DNA of 30,085 bases. Source: a virus. Its lineage: Duplodnaviria; Caudoviricetes. Position 1 is the stretch's first letter; the number at the start of each line of letters is the position of its first letter. Below are positions 15,974 through 25,535 of this stretch, one piece after another. The translations under genes and the position numbers were made by a program. The DNA lies in IMG/VR virus record IMGVR_UViG_3300005764_000058, positions 1 to 30,085 of that record. The stretch is one strand, 5' to 3'. Under the pieces are notes generated by a model. That model was given only the letters and a program-made list of their open reading frames with translations. It did no database searches and was not told where the DNA came from.

Positions 15974-16563
15974 GCGAGCGCGACGAGCCGATCTCGCATG
16001 GCGTCGCGATGCGAGTCGGCATTGCCTGCGACGACGGCACGCAAATCGACTTGACCGCCGCGGTGTCGGCCGAAGACAGCCGCTTTCTGCTCGACGATAC
16101 GCTCGACCGGCTGGTGGCGGTCGGGCGGCGGCAGCGCGCGATTGTGCGGTTGCCGATGCTGCACCGGCAGCGCGAGGCGACGCTCATCTTGTTGGAACAG
16201 AATCAGCGGGCGCTCGCTGAAATGGAGGGCGCGTTTGCTGCGACGATGGCGGCCCGGCAAGCCCGTGTAGCCGAAAGCGAGAAAAAACGAAGCGACAAAC
16301 AGCGTTATTTTTCGGACGAATGGGTGGCGAGCGGCAAGCGGGGCGAGTATCAGCCACGCGGCGGCCAAGTTAGCGAGCTTGCCAAGCTTGATTCCGAAAT
16401 CAAGATTGTCGAGGCCGAGCAAATCAAGGCGAACCAGGAATTTGAGACGCAGCGCTCGCAACTGCAAAACGACATTCTCAAAAAAGAGCAAACCCTCAGC
16501 GAGATGGACGCCGACATTACCGAGTGCTTGCGGCTGACCAATGGTCATCTTAACGGTGGCTGA
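15970..16563 (+). CDS. Coiled-coil phage protein, 197 aa
   Basis: Long E/Q/K-rich heptad-like helices; coupled on both sides. Confidence 0.8.
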   Translation: MSERDEPISHGVAMRVGIACDDGTQIDLTAAVSAEDSRFLLDDTLDRLVAVGRRQRAIVRLPMLHRQREATLILLEQNQRALAEMEGAFAATMAARQARVAESEKKRSDKQRYFSDEWVASGKRGEYQPRGGQVSELAKLDSEIKIVEAEQIKANQEFETQRSQLQNDILKKEQTLSEMDADITECLRLTNGHLNGG

Positions 16564-17534
16564 TGCCTCTAAACGCCGCGCAAATCTGTCAGCTTGCCGG
16601 CAATCGGGCCAAGGTACCGGGGTTCGCGGCTGATCAAGGGGCGTGCCTCAACCTTGCGCTGCAATGGTTCGCGCAACGCTATGATTTTGAAGTCAACAAG
16701 GCGCCCTTCAACTTCAACTTCACCGGCGCCACCGCACCGATCGGCAACCTACAGGCGCAACTCGCCTCGGGTCCGTTCACACTGCCGGCCGATTACCTGC
16801 GCGCCAAGCGCGGCGATATTCAGTTTTATCCCGTCGCCGGCTATCCATTTCAACTGACACCGATCGATCTCAACGAGTTCGATCACCAATGGCAACAGGC
16901 CGGGTTTCAGAATTACCCGGTGTTTTGGGCAACCGACACCTCGCTGCGCCGCGATGTCCTGACGACGACCGGCTCGACGACGGCGGGCTCGGGCGTGATT
17001 GTCAACATGCTGACGACTGCGGGGCTGACTGCCGGCATGGGCGTTTATGGCGACGCGATCAAACTCGGCAGCGTCGCGCAGATCGTGGCGGGATCGATCA
17101 CCGCAACCGGCGTGACGCTCTCGGTTCCCGGCGATGTGCTATCGACCGGCCCCGGTGCCAGCCTCACCTTCGCGGTCAACCCGATCGCCTATGTGTGGCC
17201 GCCGGCCGGCGGCGCCTATCCGTGCTTTGTGCGCTACTACCGCATCCCGCCCGATATCGCCAACCCGGCGAGTTCGACGGCGATACCTTGGTTCGCTTTC
17301 CAGGATACGCTGGTCGATGCCGTCACCGGGCGGCTGATGCACGAGAGCGACGATGCGCGGGCGATGCAATTTCTCGGCGAGGGAGCTCCGAACAGCGTGC
17401 CGACCCAGATGCGCTCGCTGCTACAGATGAAGGATGATTACAACAACCGCGCCCGCACGGTCTCGCTCGACCGCCGCCGCTTTGGTCCCGGTTGGTCGAA
17501 CCTCCCCAAGAGCAAAGCTACCTTCGGTTTCTGA
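16563..17534 (+). CDS. Head-tail adaptor (tail tubular A-like) protein
   Basis: LNLALQW, TLPADYLR and YVWPP...VRYY pattern of podoviral adaptors; position before the large tail gene. Confidence 0.75.
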   Translation: MPLNAAQICQLAGNRAKVPGFAADQGACLNLALQWFAQRYDFEVNKAPFNFNFTGATAPIGNLQAQLASGPFTLPADYLRAKRGDIQFYPVAGYPFQLTPIDLNEFDHQWQQAGFQNYPVFWATDTSLRRDVLTTTGSTTAGSGVIVNMLTTAGLTAGMGVYGDAIKLGSVAQIVAGSITATGVTLSVPGDVLSTGPGASLTFAVNPIAYVWPPAGGAYPCFVRYYRIPPDIANPASSTAIPWFAFQDTLVDAVTGRLMHESDDARAMQFLGEGAPNSVPTQMRSLLQMKDDYNNRARTVSLDRRRFGPGWSNLPKSKATFGF

Positions 17535-20500
17535 TGCCGATCCGCAACACCCGCACCGTGACATGGAAGCCGCGGGGTTGTTCGGATGCTCTCGACGGCA
17601 GCAACGTCTTCCAGGGCGCCGCTCTGAACATGATCAATCTGGTGCCGAACCCCGGCACGATGGATCAATGGGTTTGCCGGCCGGCGCGGGACTATCTGAC
17701 CAATTTCGTCAATGCCGCGTTTTCGACGAACCCGACGACGGTGCGCGGCAACCCCGTCATCCTCGCCGATACGATTTTCGGATTCATCACGACGACGCGC
17801 AATCCGGGCCATGACGAACCTTATGCGGTCTCGGCGATCACCGGACAGGTTGTGTCGGTTTCCGGCGTCACGGTCGGTAACACGCCGACCACCGATCCCA
17901 ACCCGGTCGGCGCGACGCAATTGCCGATCGGCGCCGTCGTCGGTCCTTATGTCGTCTTCACGCATCCGGGATTTGCCGGGGGCATCTACAACCCAAACAG
18001 CTTCTCGGCGAGCATCACCGGCAATGTGGTGGCGGGGCAGAGCACGATCACCGGGTTTTTCGCCGGGCAGATTTACCCCGGCATGGTGGTGAGCGCCGCG
18101 GCTGGTCTCGCTCCTGGCACGGTCGCAACCTCCGGGGTTCAAACCGTCGATATCAATCAGTCGTCGAGCGGCATTGCGGGCAACAACTTCTTCACGGTGG
18201 CGAACTCGACCGGCTTGTTTCTCGGCATGTCGGCGATCGGGACGGGCCTCTCGGGATACATCACCGCGATTGCCGGGACGACGATCACGATCACGACGAC
18301 GCTGGCGACGACATTCTCTAATCAGACCGTCGCTTTTCACGGCAACACGGTTTCGATCTCGCCGGCCGCGACCGCAACCGCTGCCAATCAGCCGATTGCC
18401 TTCAATAATGCGCCCGACCGTTCCTCGGTCTTTGGCTGGTTCGATCTGACCGGGGCGAATATCAGCGTGCCGGCGACCCTGGTGAGCGGCAACCCGAATG
18501 CCGGGGTTGCCTCAATTGCCGGCTTGTCGGCGGGGATGAATGTCGCTGGCGCTGGTATCCCGGCCGGCACCCGCATCGCAAATATTCTCAATCCGACCTA
18601 CACCAGTCAGCCGGGCAATATCGGCGGCGGACAAACCGGCCTTTACATAACCGTCAGCTACCAGCCCGGCACGCTCTTGCCTCTCCCGGTACCGCAGGTT
18701 GGCTCAACGGTTACCGGGCCGGGTCTCGTCACCGGGACGGTGGCTAATGCAACCGCGCTGATCAGCCAGACCGCGACGCAGACCGTTTTTGGCATCACCC
18801 TCAACAATCCCGCTCTCGGAACCGCGCTGATCACCGGACTTTTTACGATCAGCGGGCTTTACACGGCGGTTTTGAGCCAAGCCGCCACGATCGGCGGTTC
18901 CTCGACGTTGACGATTACCGGCGGCACGATCGCGGCGCCGTTGTGGTGCGGCGGCACCACCGCGATCAACCCATTGCCGTCAACCCCTATAGGAGTCGGC
19001 AATTTCAACGGCCGGGCCTATTTTGCTTGTCAGCAGGACGGTGCGCCGTTCTCGGACGTGCAAAATCCGGCCTCGATCACGAACGCCAGCCAGGCCATCA
19101 TCCCCGGCAATCGCGAGGCTGTTACGGCTTGCGTCGGACAGCCGTTGCTCTCGCCGGTCAGCGGCGGCATGACCTCGGCGATGTACCTTTTTCAATCCGA
19201 TCTTGCGGTGCAGCAAGTAACCGGCGATCAGCAATTCGGCAACCTCGCGGTGCAGGCTCTCAATGTCGCCACCGGCACCCAATCGCCGGCCGCGATCGTG
19301 CCGACGACGCTCGGGATGGCGTTTATCTCGCCCGAGGGGGTGAGAATGATCGATTTCTCCGGGACGATCGGTCAGCCGATCGGCGAAGCCGGGTCCGGCG
19401 TAACGCTGCCCTTTGTCAACATCGCAGACCACTCGCGCGCGGTTGGCGCCGCCAACGGCAATGTGATCCGGTTTGCGCTGCAAAACGGGCAGCAGATCGG
19501 CCAACCCTGGATCGAATGGTGGTATGATCTGCCGCGCAAGGTGTGGAGCGGCCCGCATACGCTGCAAACCTCGGCGATCGCCAGCTATGGCGATACCTTC
19601 ATCACCGCCGCCCAGGATGTTCCCGCGCAGTTATATAAGAGTCCGTCGCAGCCGAGCGGGTTTGTCGATTTCGAGGAAGACGGTTCGACCCTGACTTGGG
19701 AAGCGCAAACGTGCCTGATGCCGGACACCGGTGCTATCGCCGAGAACGCCGTCGTCGAGGCAACGCTCGGGCTGGTGCATCCGTCCGATCAGCCAGTCAG
19801 CATCCAGGCGCTTAACGAGACCGGTACGGTGCTCGATTCGGTGATGTTGCCCGGACCCTACTCGATGCCGCTGTGGGGCGGGCCGCAATTATGGGGGACG
19901 GGTCTCTGGTACGCCGTCCCGGATCTCTTCCGCCAGGAGCGGCTAAACTGGCACAAGCCGCTCGTCTTTAAGCAGGCGCGCTTCCGTATCACCGGCCTTT
20001 CTCGGTTCGGGCTGACAATCGGCTCGTTGCGGCTGCGCTACGAGCAATTGGGGTATCTGTCCTACTGGCCGACCCAATCGCTCGACATCTCGGTGCCGCC
20101 ACTCCCCACCGCGCCGGTCATTCAGGGTCAGCCGCAAGCGGTAGTGGTCGCGGCCGGCGCCAGTCAGGGAACCGTCATCGGCACCTTGCTGGCGCAGCTT
20201 TCGCCGCATGGCGCGGCGCAGGCTGCCGCATTCATCCTCGAGTACAACCAAAGCAATCTCTTGGCGCTGGCTCCCTACAACAACAGCGCCATCCTCGGCA
20301 GTACCAACGGGACGACGACGATTGGCGGGTTTTCCGCGAACGCGCTCACCGCAGGATGGTTGCCGGGTCACATGATCACCGATTCGCGCGGCACCATCCC
20401 GGCCGGCACTTACATCGTCTCGATCGCCGCCGGGGGCCTCTCCGCGACGCTCTCGCAAGCGGCTGTGGCGAGCGCGGCCGGGGATCAATTCATCATCACC

Positions 20501-20626
20501 GGCACTAACCTGGTGACCAACTGGACGAGCGCACCCAGCATCAACAAGATCATCGGCGAGGTACAGGGCATTGCCGCTGGCGCGCTGACCTCTTACTGGC
20601 CTTTCATCGTGACGGTAACGCCATGA
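17534..20626 (+). CDS. Tail nozzle/hub protein (P22 gp10/T7 gp12-like) with inserted beta modules, 1030 aa
   Basis: Start at the TGATG overlap (MPIRN). GNFNGRAYF, PFSD, MAFISPEGVRMI and WWYDLPRKVWS propeller-like motifs; no signal peptide. Confidence 0.78.
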   Translation: MPIRNTRTVTWKPRGCSDALDGSNVFQGAALNMINLVPNPGTMDQWVCRPARDYLTNFVNAAFSTNPTTVRGNPVILADTIFGFITTTRNPGHDEPYAVSAITGQVVSVSGVTVGNTPTTDPNPVGATQLPIGAVVGPYVVFTHPGFAGGIYNPNSFSASITGNVVAGQSTITGFFAGQIYPGMVVSAAAGLAPGTVATSGVQTVDINQSSSGIAGNNFFTVANSTGLFLGMSAIGTGLSGYITAIAGTTITITTTLATTFSNQTVAFHGNTVSISPAATATAANQPIAFNNAPDRSSVFGWFDLTGANISVPATLVSGNPNAGVASIAGLSAGMNVAGAGIPAGTRIANILNPTYTSQPGNIGGGQTGLYITVSYQPGTLLPLPVPQVGSTVTGPGLVTGTVANATALISQTATQTVFGITLNNPALGTALITGLFTISGLYTAVLSQAATIGGSSTLTITGGTIAAPLWCGGTTAINPLPSTPIGVGNFNGRAYFACQQDGAPFSDVQNPASITNASQAIIPGNREAVTACVGQPLLSPVSGGMTSAMYLFQSDLAVQQVTGDQQFGNLAVQALNVATGTQSPAAIVPTTLGMAFISPEGVRMIDFSGTIGQPIGEAGSGVTLPFVNIADHSRAVGAANGNVIRFALQNGQQIGQPWIEWWYDLPRKVWSGPHTLQTSAIASYGDTFITAAQDVPAQLYKSPSQPSGFVDFEEDGSTLTWEAQTCLMPDTGAIAENAVVEATLGLVHPSDQPVSIQALNETGTVLDSVMLPGPYSMPLWGGPQLWGTGLWYAVPDLFRQERLNWHKPLVFKQARFRITGLSRFGLTIGSLRLRYEQLGYLSYWPTQSLDISVPPLPTAPVIQGQPQAVVVAAGASQGTVIGTLLAQLSPHGAAQAAAFILEYNQSNLLALAPYNNSAILGSTNGTTTIGGFSANALTAGWLPGHMITDSRGTIPAGTYIVSIAAGGLSATLSQAAVASAAGDQFIITGTNLVTNWTSAPSINKIIGEVQGIAAGALTSYWPFIVTVTP

Positions 20627-21339
20627 TGATGCGGGTGTGCGGGTTGCTGCTTCTCTCCGTATGGCTGATCACCGGGCCTTCAGGCGGCGCTCGAGCGGCA
20701 ACCTGCACGCTTCCCTATGTGCTGCAAAACGGCGTCGTCCCTGACGCGACGCAAGTGATGGCGAACTTTTACGCGCTTCTCAACTGCGTCAACACTGGCG
20801 GCGGCAGTGGCACGATCACCAGCATCACTCTCTCCGCCCCACCCGAGCTCTCGCCGGTCGGCGGCTCGCCATGCACCGGGCCGGCGTGCAATCTGATCAT
20901 CCCCAAGGCACCCGAAGCCGCGAACACGGTGTGGGCGGGCCCGACCTCGGGCGCGGCGGCGCCTCCGACGTTTCGACCGCTACCATACGAAGTTACCTTG
21001 GGATGGTCGGGTGTGCCGCCAAATGGGCTGGTGTTACTGTTTTCGATGGACGGTGCGGCGACTTGCCCGACCGGTTTTGCCGGATCGACGGCCGGCTCGG
21101 AAGTGGCACCGACCGCGGCGGTGACGGTCAACGTCAATCAGGTGACGAGCTCGGGGACACGAACCCCGCGCGGCACTATTGCGTGGGGCGCGGGTGCTGC
21201 CGCGTTCTCTCAACCGACCTTCGCCTCTAGTGGTGGCATGACGTTGGCGGCCACCGACTTTGTCGAGTTGGCGTTTCCGGCGAGCGCCGACGCGACTTTT
21301 GCCACCCCTTCGGTCACGCTCAAATGCGTGCGATCCTAG
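20623..21339 (+). CDS. Tail-fibre anchor/adaptor-like protein with a signal peptide
   Basis: Signal peptide ending ARA, then PYVLQNGVVPDATQVMANF (fibre N-terminal anchor motif) and ANTVWAGPTSGAAAPPTFRPL fibre-type repeat. Confidence 0.75.
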   Translation: MMMRVCGLLLLSVWLITGPSGGARAATCTLPYVLQNGVVPDATQVMANFYALLNCVNTGGGSGTITSITLSAPPELSPVGGSPCTGPACNLIIPKAPEAANTVWAGPTSGAAAPPTFRPLPYEVTLGWSGVPPNGLVLLFSMDGAATCPTGFAGSTAGSEVAPTAAVTVNVNQVTSSGTRTPRGTIAWGAGAAAFSQPTFASSGGMTLAATDFVELAFPASADATFATPSVTLKCVRS

Positions 21340-22163
21340 TAATCGCGCTATGCCTCTGCGCGAGGCTGGCGGCGGCGACCCCGCCGATGGTGGACAGCGG
21401 TAGCATCCACACCAACGGCGCCAGCGTCAGCAATAATCTTACACTTACACTCGTCACGGCATCGGCACCCGAGCGAATCATCCTCAATTTTGGCGCGGTC
21501 GATTTTACCTCGAATGGTACGCCGCAAGCGACTGGCGTTTCTGGGTGCGGGCTTTCTTGGTCATTGCGCAAGCGCACGACGTTTATCAACTTCACCGGGG
21601 GCACGTATTGCCACAACAACGCGTCCGGTACCTGTGACATCGATCAAGAAGAATGGACGGCATACGCCGCGAGCACAATTGCGAGTTGTACCGTAACGAT
21701 CGGCTTCTCGACCACGCCGGTCATATCCGGCGGGGTTTACGGGTTGTCTGGAATACCTAGCGGCGGCGCGTTTGATGCCAATGCCGGATTGCCAGCGGTT
21801 GCCACCGGGACCGCGATTACGGCAGTCCCCAACGTGTCCACGTCGTCTGTCCCATCGGCATTGTTTAATTTCAGCTCGGGAAATTACAATAGTCAAGCCG
21901 GTGGCACCGCTTGCAGCGGGTGGAATACAATATGGAATAACTTTCAATTCTATGGAGCCTTGTCTATCGGTATAAGCGCGGGCGCCGGACTTGCCCAAAA
22001 TCTTTGTTCTACTGTCTCTAATATATCAACGCCGATTTGGTCGGTAGGATGTAGCACAGTCTCGGCAAACATCGTCACCGCCGACGCGGTGCAGGGAATA
22101 CCATCGCCGGGCTGTACCAGCGGCGGCGGCGGCACCGGAAACGTCAATCTAAAGGTAAATTAG
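21324..22163 (+). CDS. Secreted beta-rich protein, putative virion appendage/receptor-binding module
   Basis: MRAILVIALCLCARLAAA signal; 8 mature Cys; Ser/Thr/Gly-rich. Confidence 0.75.
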   Translation: MRAILVIALCLCARLAAATPPMVDSGSIHTNGASVSNNLTLTLVTASAPERIILNFGAVDFTSNGTPQATGVSGCGLSWSLRKRTTFINFTGGTYCHNNASGTCDIDQEEWTAYAASTIASCTVTIGFSTTPVISGGVYGLSGIPSGGAFDANAGLPAVATGTAITAVPNVSTSSVPSALFNFSSGNYNSQAGGTACSGWNTIWNNFQFYGALSIGISAGAGLAQNLCSTVSNISTPIWSVGCSTVSANIVTADAVQGIPSPGCTSGGGGTGNVNLKVN

Positions 22164-22164
22164 G

Positions 22165-22320
22165 ATGCCGGGTAAACGCTTCACCGCGAAAGAAGACCGC
22201 CAGGCGGCGCACGTCGCTGCCTCGATGAAGAAAAAAGGAAAGTCGGCCAAGGCCGCCAAGTCGATCGGCTATGCTACGGTGGTCTCGCACGGCGGCGGCA
22301 AGCGGAAAGGCAAGAAATGA
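22165..22320 (+). CDS. Small basic protein, 51 aa
   Basis: Hand translation MPGKRFTAKEDRQAAHVAASMKKKGKSAKAAKSIGYATVVSHGGGKRKGKK; ATGA coupling. Confidence 0.75.
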   Translation: MPGKRFTAKEDRQAAHVAASMKKKGKSAKAAKSIGYATVVSHGGGKRKGKK

Positions 22321-22667
22321 TCCGGCTGTTTCTGATCGGCCTCTTGGTTGCGTGCGCGCTGCCGGTCTTCGCTCAAACCCAGCAGACGCCTACCTGGACC
22401 GTCAATCAAGCGGCCTGCGCCAAGGTGGTGACGCCGAGCGACACGGCACCGCTGCCTGCCGGGACGGCACCGTGCGCCAATTCTCCCAAGGCGCTATTCG
22501 TTGCCGGGACCGGGGCCGGGGCGGCGTGTGTGTTGGTCATGTCGCTGACCGGCGATCATGCCCAGATCACTTATGCTAACGTGCAGCCGGGGGCGTTTCT
22601 GCCAGTGCGGCCTTATCAAATTTTCGCGACGAATACGACATGCGTTGGCATGGTCGTGCTCTACTAG
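22317..22667 (+). CDS. Head-spike base protein (RcGTA Rcc01079-like) with a signal peptide
   Basis: VTPSDT..L...KALFVAGTG...ITYANVQPGAFLPVRP.QIFATNTT...VVLY family pattern after a VFA|Q signal peptide. Confidence 0.8.
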   Translation: MIRLFLIGLLVACALPVFAQTQQTPTWTVNQAACAKVVTPSDTAPLPAGTAPCANSPKALFVAGTGAGAACVLVMSLTGDHAQITYANVQPGAFLPVRPYQIFATNTTCVGMVVLY

Positions 22668-22864
22668 CGCTGGGCCTCTGCCTGGCGGCTGGCGCGGCGC
22701 TCGCGCAAGGGCTCGGCTTTGGCCTGGGCATCGATGACCAGCGCATCACCAAAGGCACCGGCACCACCGTCGTCATCCCGTCAAATTGCCTTCTGATCAA
22801 CGGCACGACGACAAACTGCCTCTTGGTCGCGGGCACGACCACCAACATTCTGCTGGTCAAATGA
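22640..22864 (+). CDS. Small secreted head-spike adaptor-like peptide
   Basis: Signal ending ALA|Q, mature GLGFGLGI motif, tandem NCLLxxGTTT repeats. Confidence 0.7.
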   Translation: MRWHGRALLALGLCLAAGAALAQGLGFGLGIDDQRITKGTGTTVVIPSNCLLINGTTTNCLLVAGTTTNILLVK

Positions 22865-25344
22865 AGGTTATCTTATATGGCGTGCTGACGCTGCTGCTGA
22901 TCGGCACCGCATGTCCGGCGCTGGCTCAAAGCCGCATCGATCAGCTTGGCGCGGGTGCGGCGATCACCGACGCCGACAAGCTCCCGGATTGCCAGGGCTG
23001 CAACGCCGCTACGCCAATGGTGGCGGTGACCGCAGCCCAGATCAACACCTATATCGCCTCGAAAGGCTATCTCACCGGCCTGCCGTCGATCGCTAACCTG
23101 CATGTGCTCGGCAACGCCACCGGCGGCGCGGCGGTCGCGCAGGACACAGCGCTGGTCGCGGGGGGCGGTATCTCGCTGGCCGGCGCGGGTGGCTCGATCA
23201 CGATCAGCGCGACCGGCGGCACGGTCTCCACCGGCGGGCCGCAGGCGATTGCGATCTATGGCGGCGCGTCTCCCAGCACGACGATCACGGCCGGCACGCT
23301 GGCATCATATTTTGTCTTGTCGGGCGGCAACCTGACGCTCGGCAACGTGCCGGCATCTGTGCTGGCGCCGGGGGCGGCGGCGACTAATGTCGGAACCTTG
23401 ACCGGCGACGCGGCGGGCTCGACGCTCCCCAACATTACGCTGACCAGCGTGATCACGGCGGGATCGTGCCTCAGTTGTAACCTCACCTATGACGCGAAGG
23501 GGCGAATCACCGTAGCGGCAAACGGCAGCGGCGGAGTGACGGTGCCGGCTGGCCCGATCGTGACAGCCAACGGCACCACTTTCGGCAATGCCACGCTTGG
23601 CACCGGGATGACGCTGACCGGCACCTTTCCGAACCAGGTGTTGGCGTCATCGGGTGGCGGTGGCGGTATCACCGGCCCGGCTTCGACGACGGTCGGTTTT
23701 GTGCCGCAGTGGTCGAATACCGCCGGCACGGCGTTGGGCGCCGGCTTGCCGGTCGGGACCACCGGGTCGAATACGATCGTCGAAACCACCGCAGGCGGCA
23801 CGATCAGCAACACGCTGATCTCGGGCTTACCGAACTCGGCGCTTCTCAATTCTTCTTTTCAGCTCGGCTCGACGCTGGTTGCGCTCGGTACGACGCAACC
23901 GAGCATCACCGCTCTTAGTCTGTTGGCGTCGCCGAGCTTGGGATTGCGCGACACCAGTGCATCCTTTGACGTGACCTTGAGCGCGACCTCGAGCGTGGCG
24001 CTGACGGCAGGACGCCAGTTGATCTTCGATGTCGTCAACGGCAGCCGCACTTTAAAGCTCGCCTCAAACCTGACGATCGCGAGTGACCCCGGCGCGGTGA
24101 CCGGGGCGCTCAGAAGCAACGGCACCGGAACCTTCTCGCAAGCCTCGTGCGCCGATCTCTCAACTGCCTGCACGACCGGCACCGGTACCGCGAACTCGGT
24201 CACCAAATGGATCTCGGTATCAACGCTCGGCAACAGCACAATCACCGATGGCGGCACCGGCGTCGTCGTCGGCGCCGCGGTCGGCGGTGCGCAGGGCAGC
24301 GGTACGCTCAACATGCAGGGCTGTTACGTCAATGGCGTCGCCTGCACGACCGGGCCGGCAGCCGGCATCTTCTTTGCCGGCACGACCGCCGGGACGGCCA
24401 ACGCGCAGACGATCGCGACGCCGACGCCGAGCGGGTTCACGCTCACCGATGGCTATACAGTGCGTGCGCGTATCGGCTCGGGGCTCACCAATACCGGCTC
24501 TGTCACGTTGAATGTCGCGAGCACCGGCGCGCAGCCGGCGATGGTGCAGACCGACGCCGGGACGGTGGCGCTGGTCGGCGGTGAGCTCGCGGCCGGCGCG
24601 CTGGTCGATTTCACCTATCAAACATCATGCACTTGCTATGCAACCAATGCGCTGACCGGCGCCGGCATCACCGCCAATCCGAGCGCGGTCACGGTCAGCG
24701 CGACGCAATGGGCTTACGGGCACATCTTTGTCTTTACCAGTTCCGGCCTTACCCTGACATTGCCGAGCGCGGCGACTTTGGCGAGCAACGGTGCGGTCGT
24801 CATCCAGACGATCGGCGTCCTGGCGACGCTCACGCCGCAATCGACCGACGCTATCAACAACGGGCAGGTAGGCGGTGGAGCTCTGGGAGCCGCGATCACT
24901 ATTCCTGCCGACACGTTTACGGTTGTCTCAACCAGCGGAGTCGCCGGGACAACGGCGTTCTCGGCACCGTTGGGGCCGGTACAGTATGCGCCGCTGACAT
25001 GGGGCAACGGCGAGAACCTTTCGACCAACCCGCTGCCGATTATGCGGTTTGCGACGCCGCGCATCGTCTACGGGGTGCGCTGCCTGCCGACCGCTCTCGA
25101 ATCAACCGCGGCGACGGTAGACATCTATTCCTTTGCCAGCGGCGGCACCCTGCCGCCGGCCGGCGGCGTCAAGATCAATACATCGGCCGGCAATGTCGGA
25201 ACCGGCGGCACGGCGGGAACCGAGCAAGACCTTGGTGTTACGACAACGACCGTGCCGGCGGCCTATTGGTTGATCCTGGTCGGGTCCGGGACATGGCCGT
25301 CAACACCCGCCGGGGCCGGTGCCTGTCAGGTGACGTACCGATGA
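22861..25344 (+). CDS. Long fibre protein with a signal peptide, 827 aa
   Basis: MKVILYGVLTLLLIGTACPALA|QSRIDQL...DKLP fibre N-terminal motif; YDAKGRIT, GTANA...NTGSVTLNV and LTLPSAA fibre motifs. Confidence 0.85.
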   Translation: MKVILYGVLTLLLIGTACPALAQSRIDQLGAGAAITDADKLPDCQGCNAATPMVAVTAAQINTYIASKGYLTGLPSIANLHVLGNATGGAAVAQDTALVAGGGISLAGAGGSITISATGGTVSTGGPQAIAIYGGASPSTTITAGTLASYFVLSGGNLTLGNVPASVLAPGAAATNVGTLTGDAAGSTLPNITLTSVITAGSCLSCNLTYDAKGRITVAANGSGGVTVPAGPIVTANGTTFGNATLGTGMTLTGTFPNQVLASSGGGGGITGPASTTVGFVPQWSNTAGTALGAGLPVGTTGSNTIVETTAGGTISNTLISGLPNSALLNSSFQLGSTLVALGTTQPSITALSLLASPSLGLRDTSASFDVTLSATSSVALTAGRQLIFDVVNGSRTLKLASNLTIASDPGAVTGALRSNGTGTFSQASCADLSTACTTGTGTANSVTKWISVSTLGNSTITDGGTGVVVGAAVGGAQGSGTLNMQGCYVNGVACTTGPAAGIFFAGTTAGTANAQTIATPTPSGFTLTDGYTVRARIGSGLTNTGSVTLNVASTGAQPAMVQTDAGTVALVGGELAAGALVDFTYQTSCTCYATNALTGAGITANPSAVTVSATQWAYGHIFVFTSSGLTLTLPSAATLASNGAVVIQTIGVLATLTPQSTDAINNGQVGGGALGAAITIPADTFTVVSTSGVAGTTAFSAPLGPVQYAPLTWGNGENLSTNPLPIMRFATPRIVYGVRCLPTALESTAATVDIYSFASGGTLPPAGGVKINTSAGNVGTGGTAGTEQDLGVTTTTVPAAYWLILVGSGTWPSTPAGAGACQVTYR

Positions 25345-25535
25345 TCCGATGGGCCTTTGTCATCCTGCTGCTGCTCGCCACATCGGCGAGCGCCAACCTG
25401 GTGCAGATGGTCACGATCAGCGGCGGCGGCATGCCGATCGCACCAGCCTGCGGCGGCACCGTGATCGCGGGTGCCGGGGCGCTGATAATCGGCAGCAACA
25501 CCAACATCGTCGTGATCATGGGGTGCGCGTCATGA
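25341..25535 (+). CDS. Small secreted peptide, 64 aa
   Basis: MIRWAFVILLLLATSASA|NLVQ...; ATGA coupling on both sides; 2 Cys. Confidence 0.75.
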   Translation: MIRWAFVILLLLATSASANLVQMVTISGGGMPIAPACGGTVIAGAGALIIGSNTNIVVIMGCAS

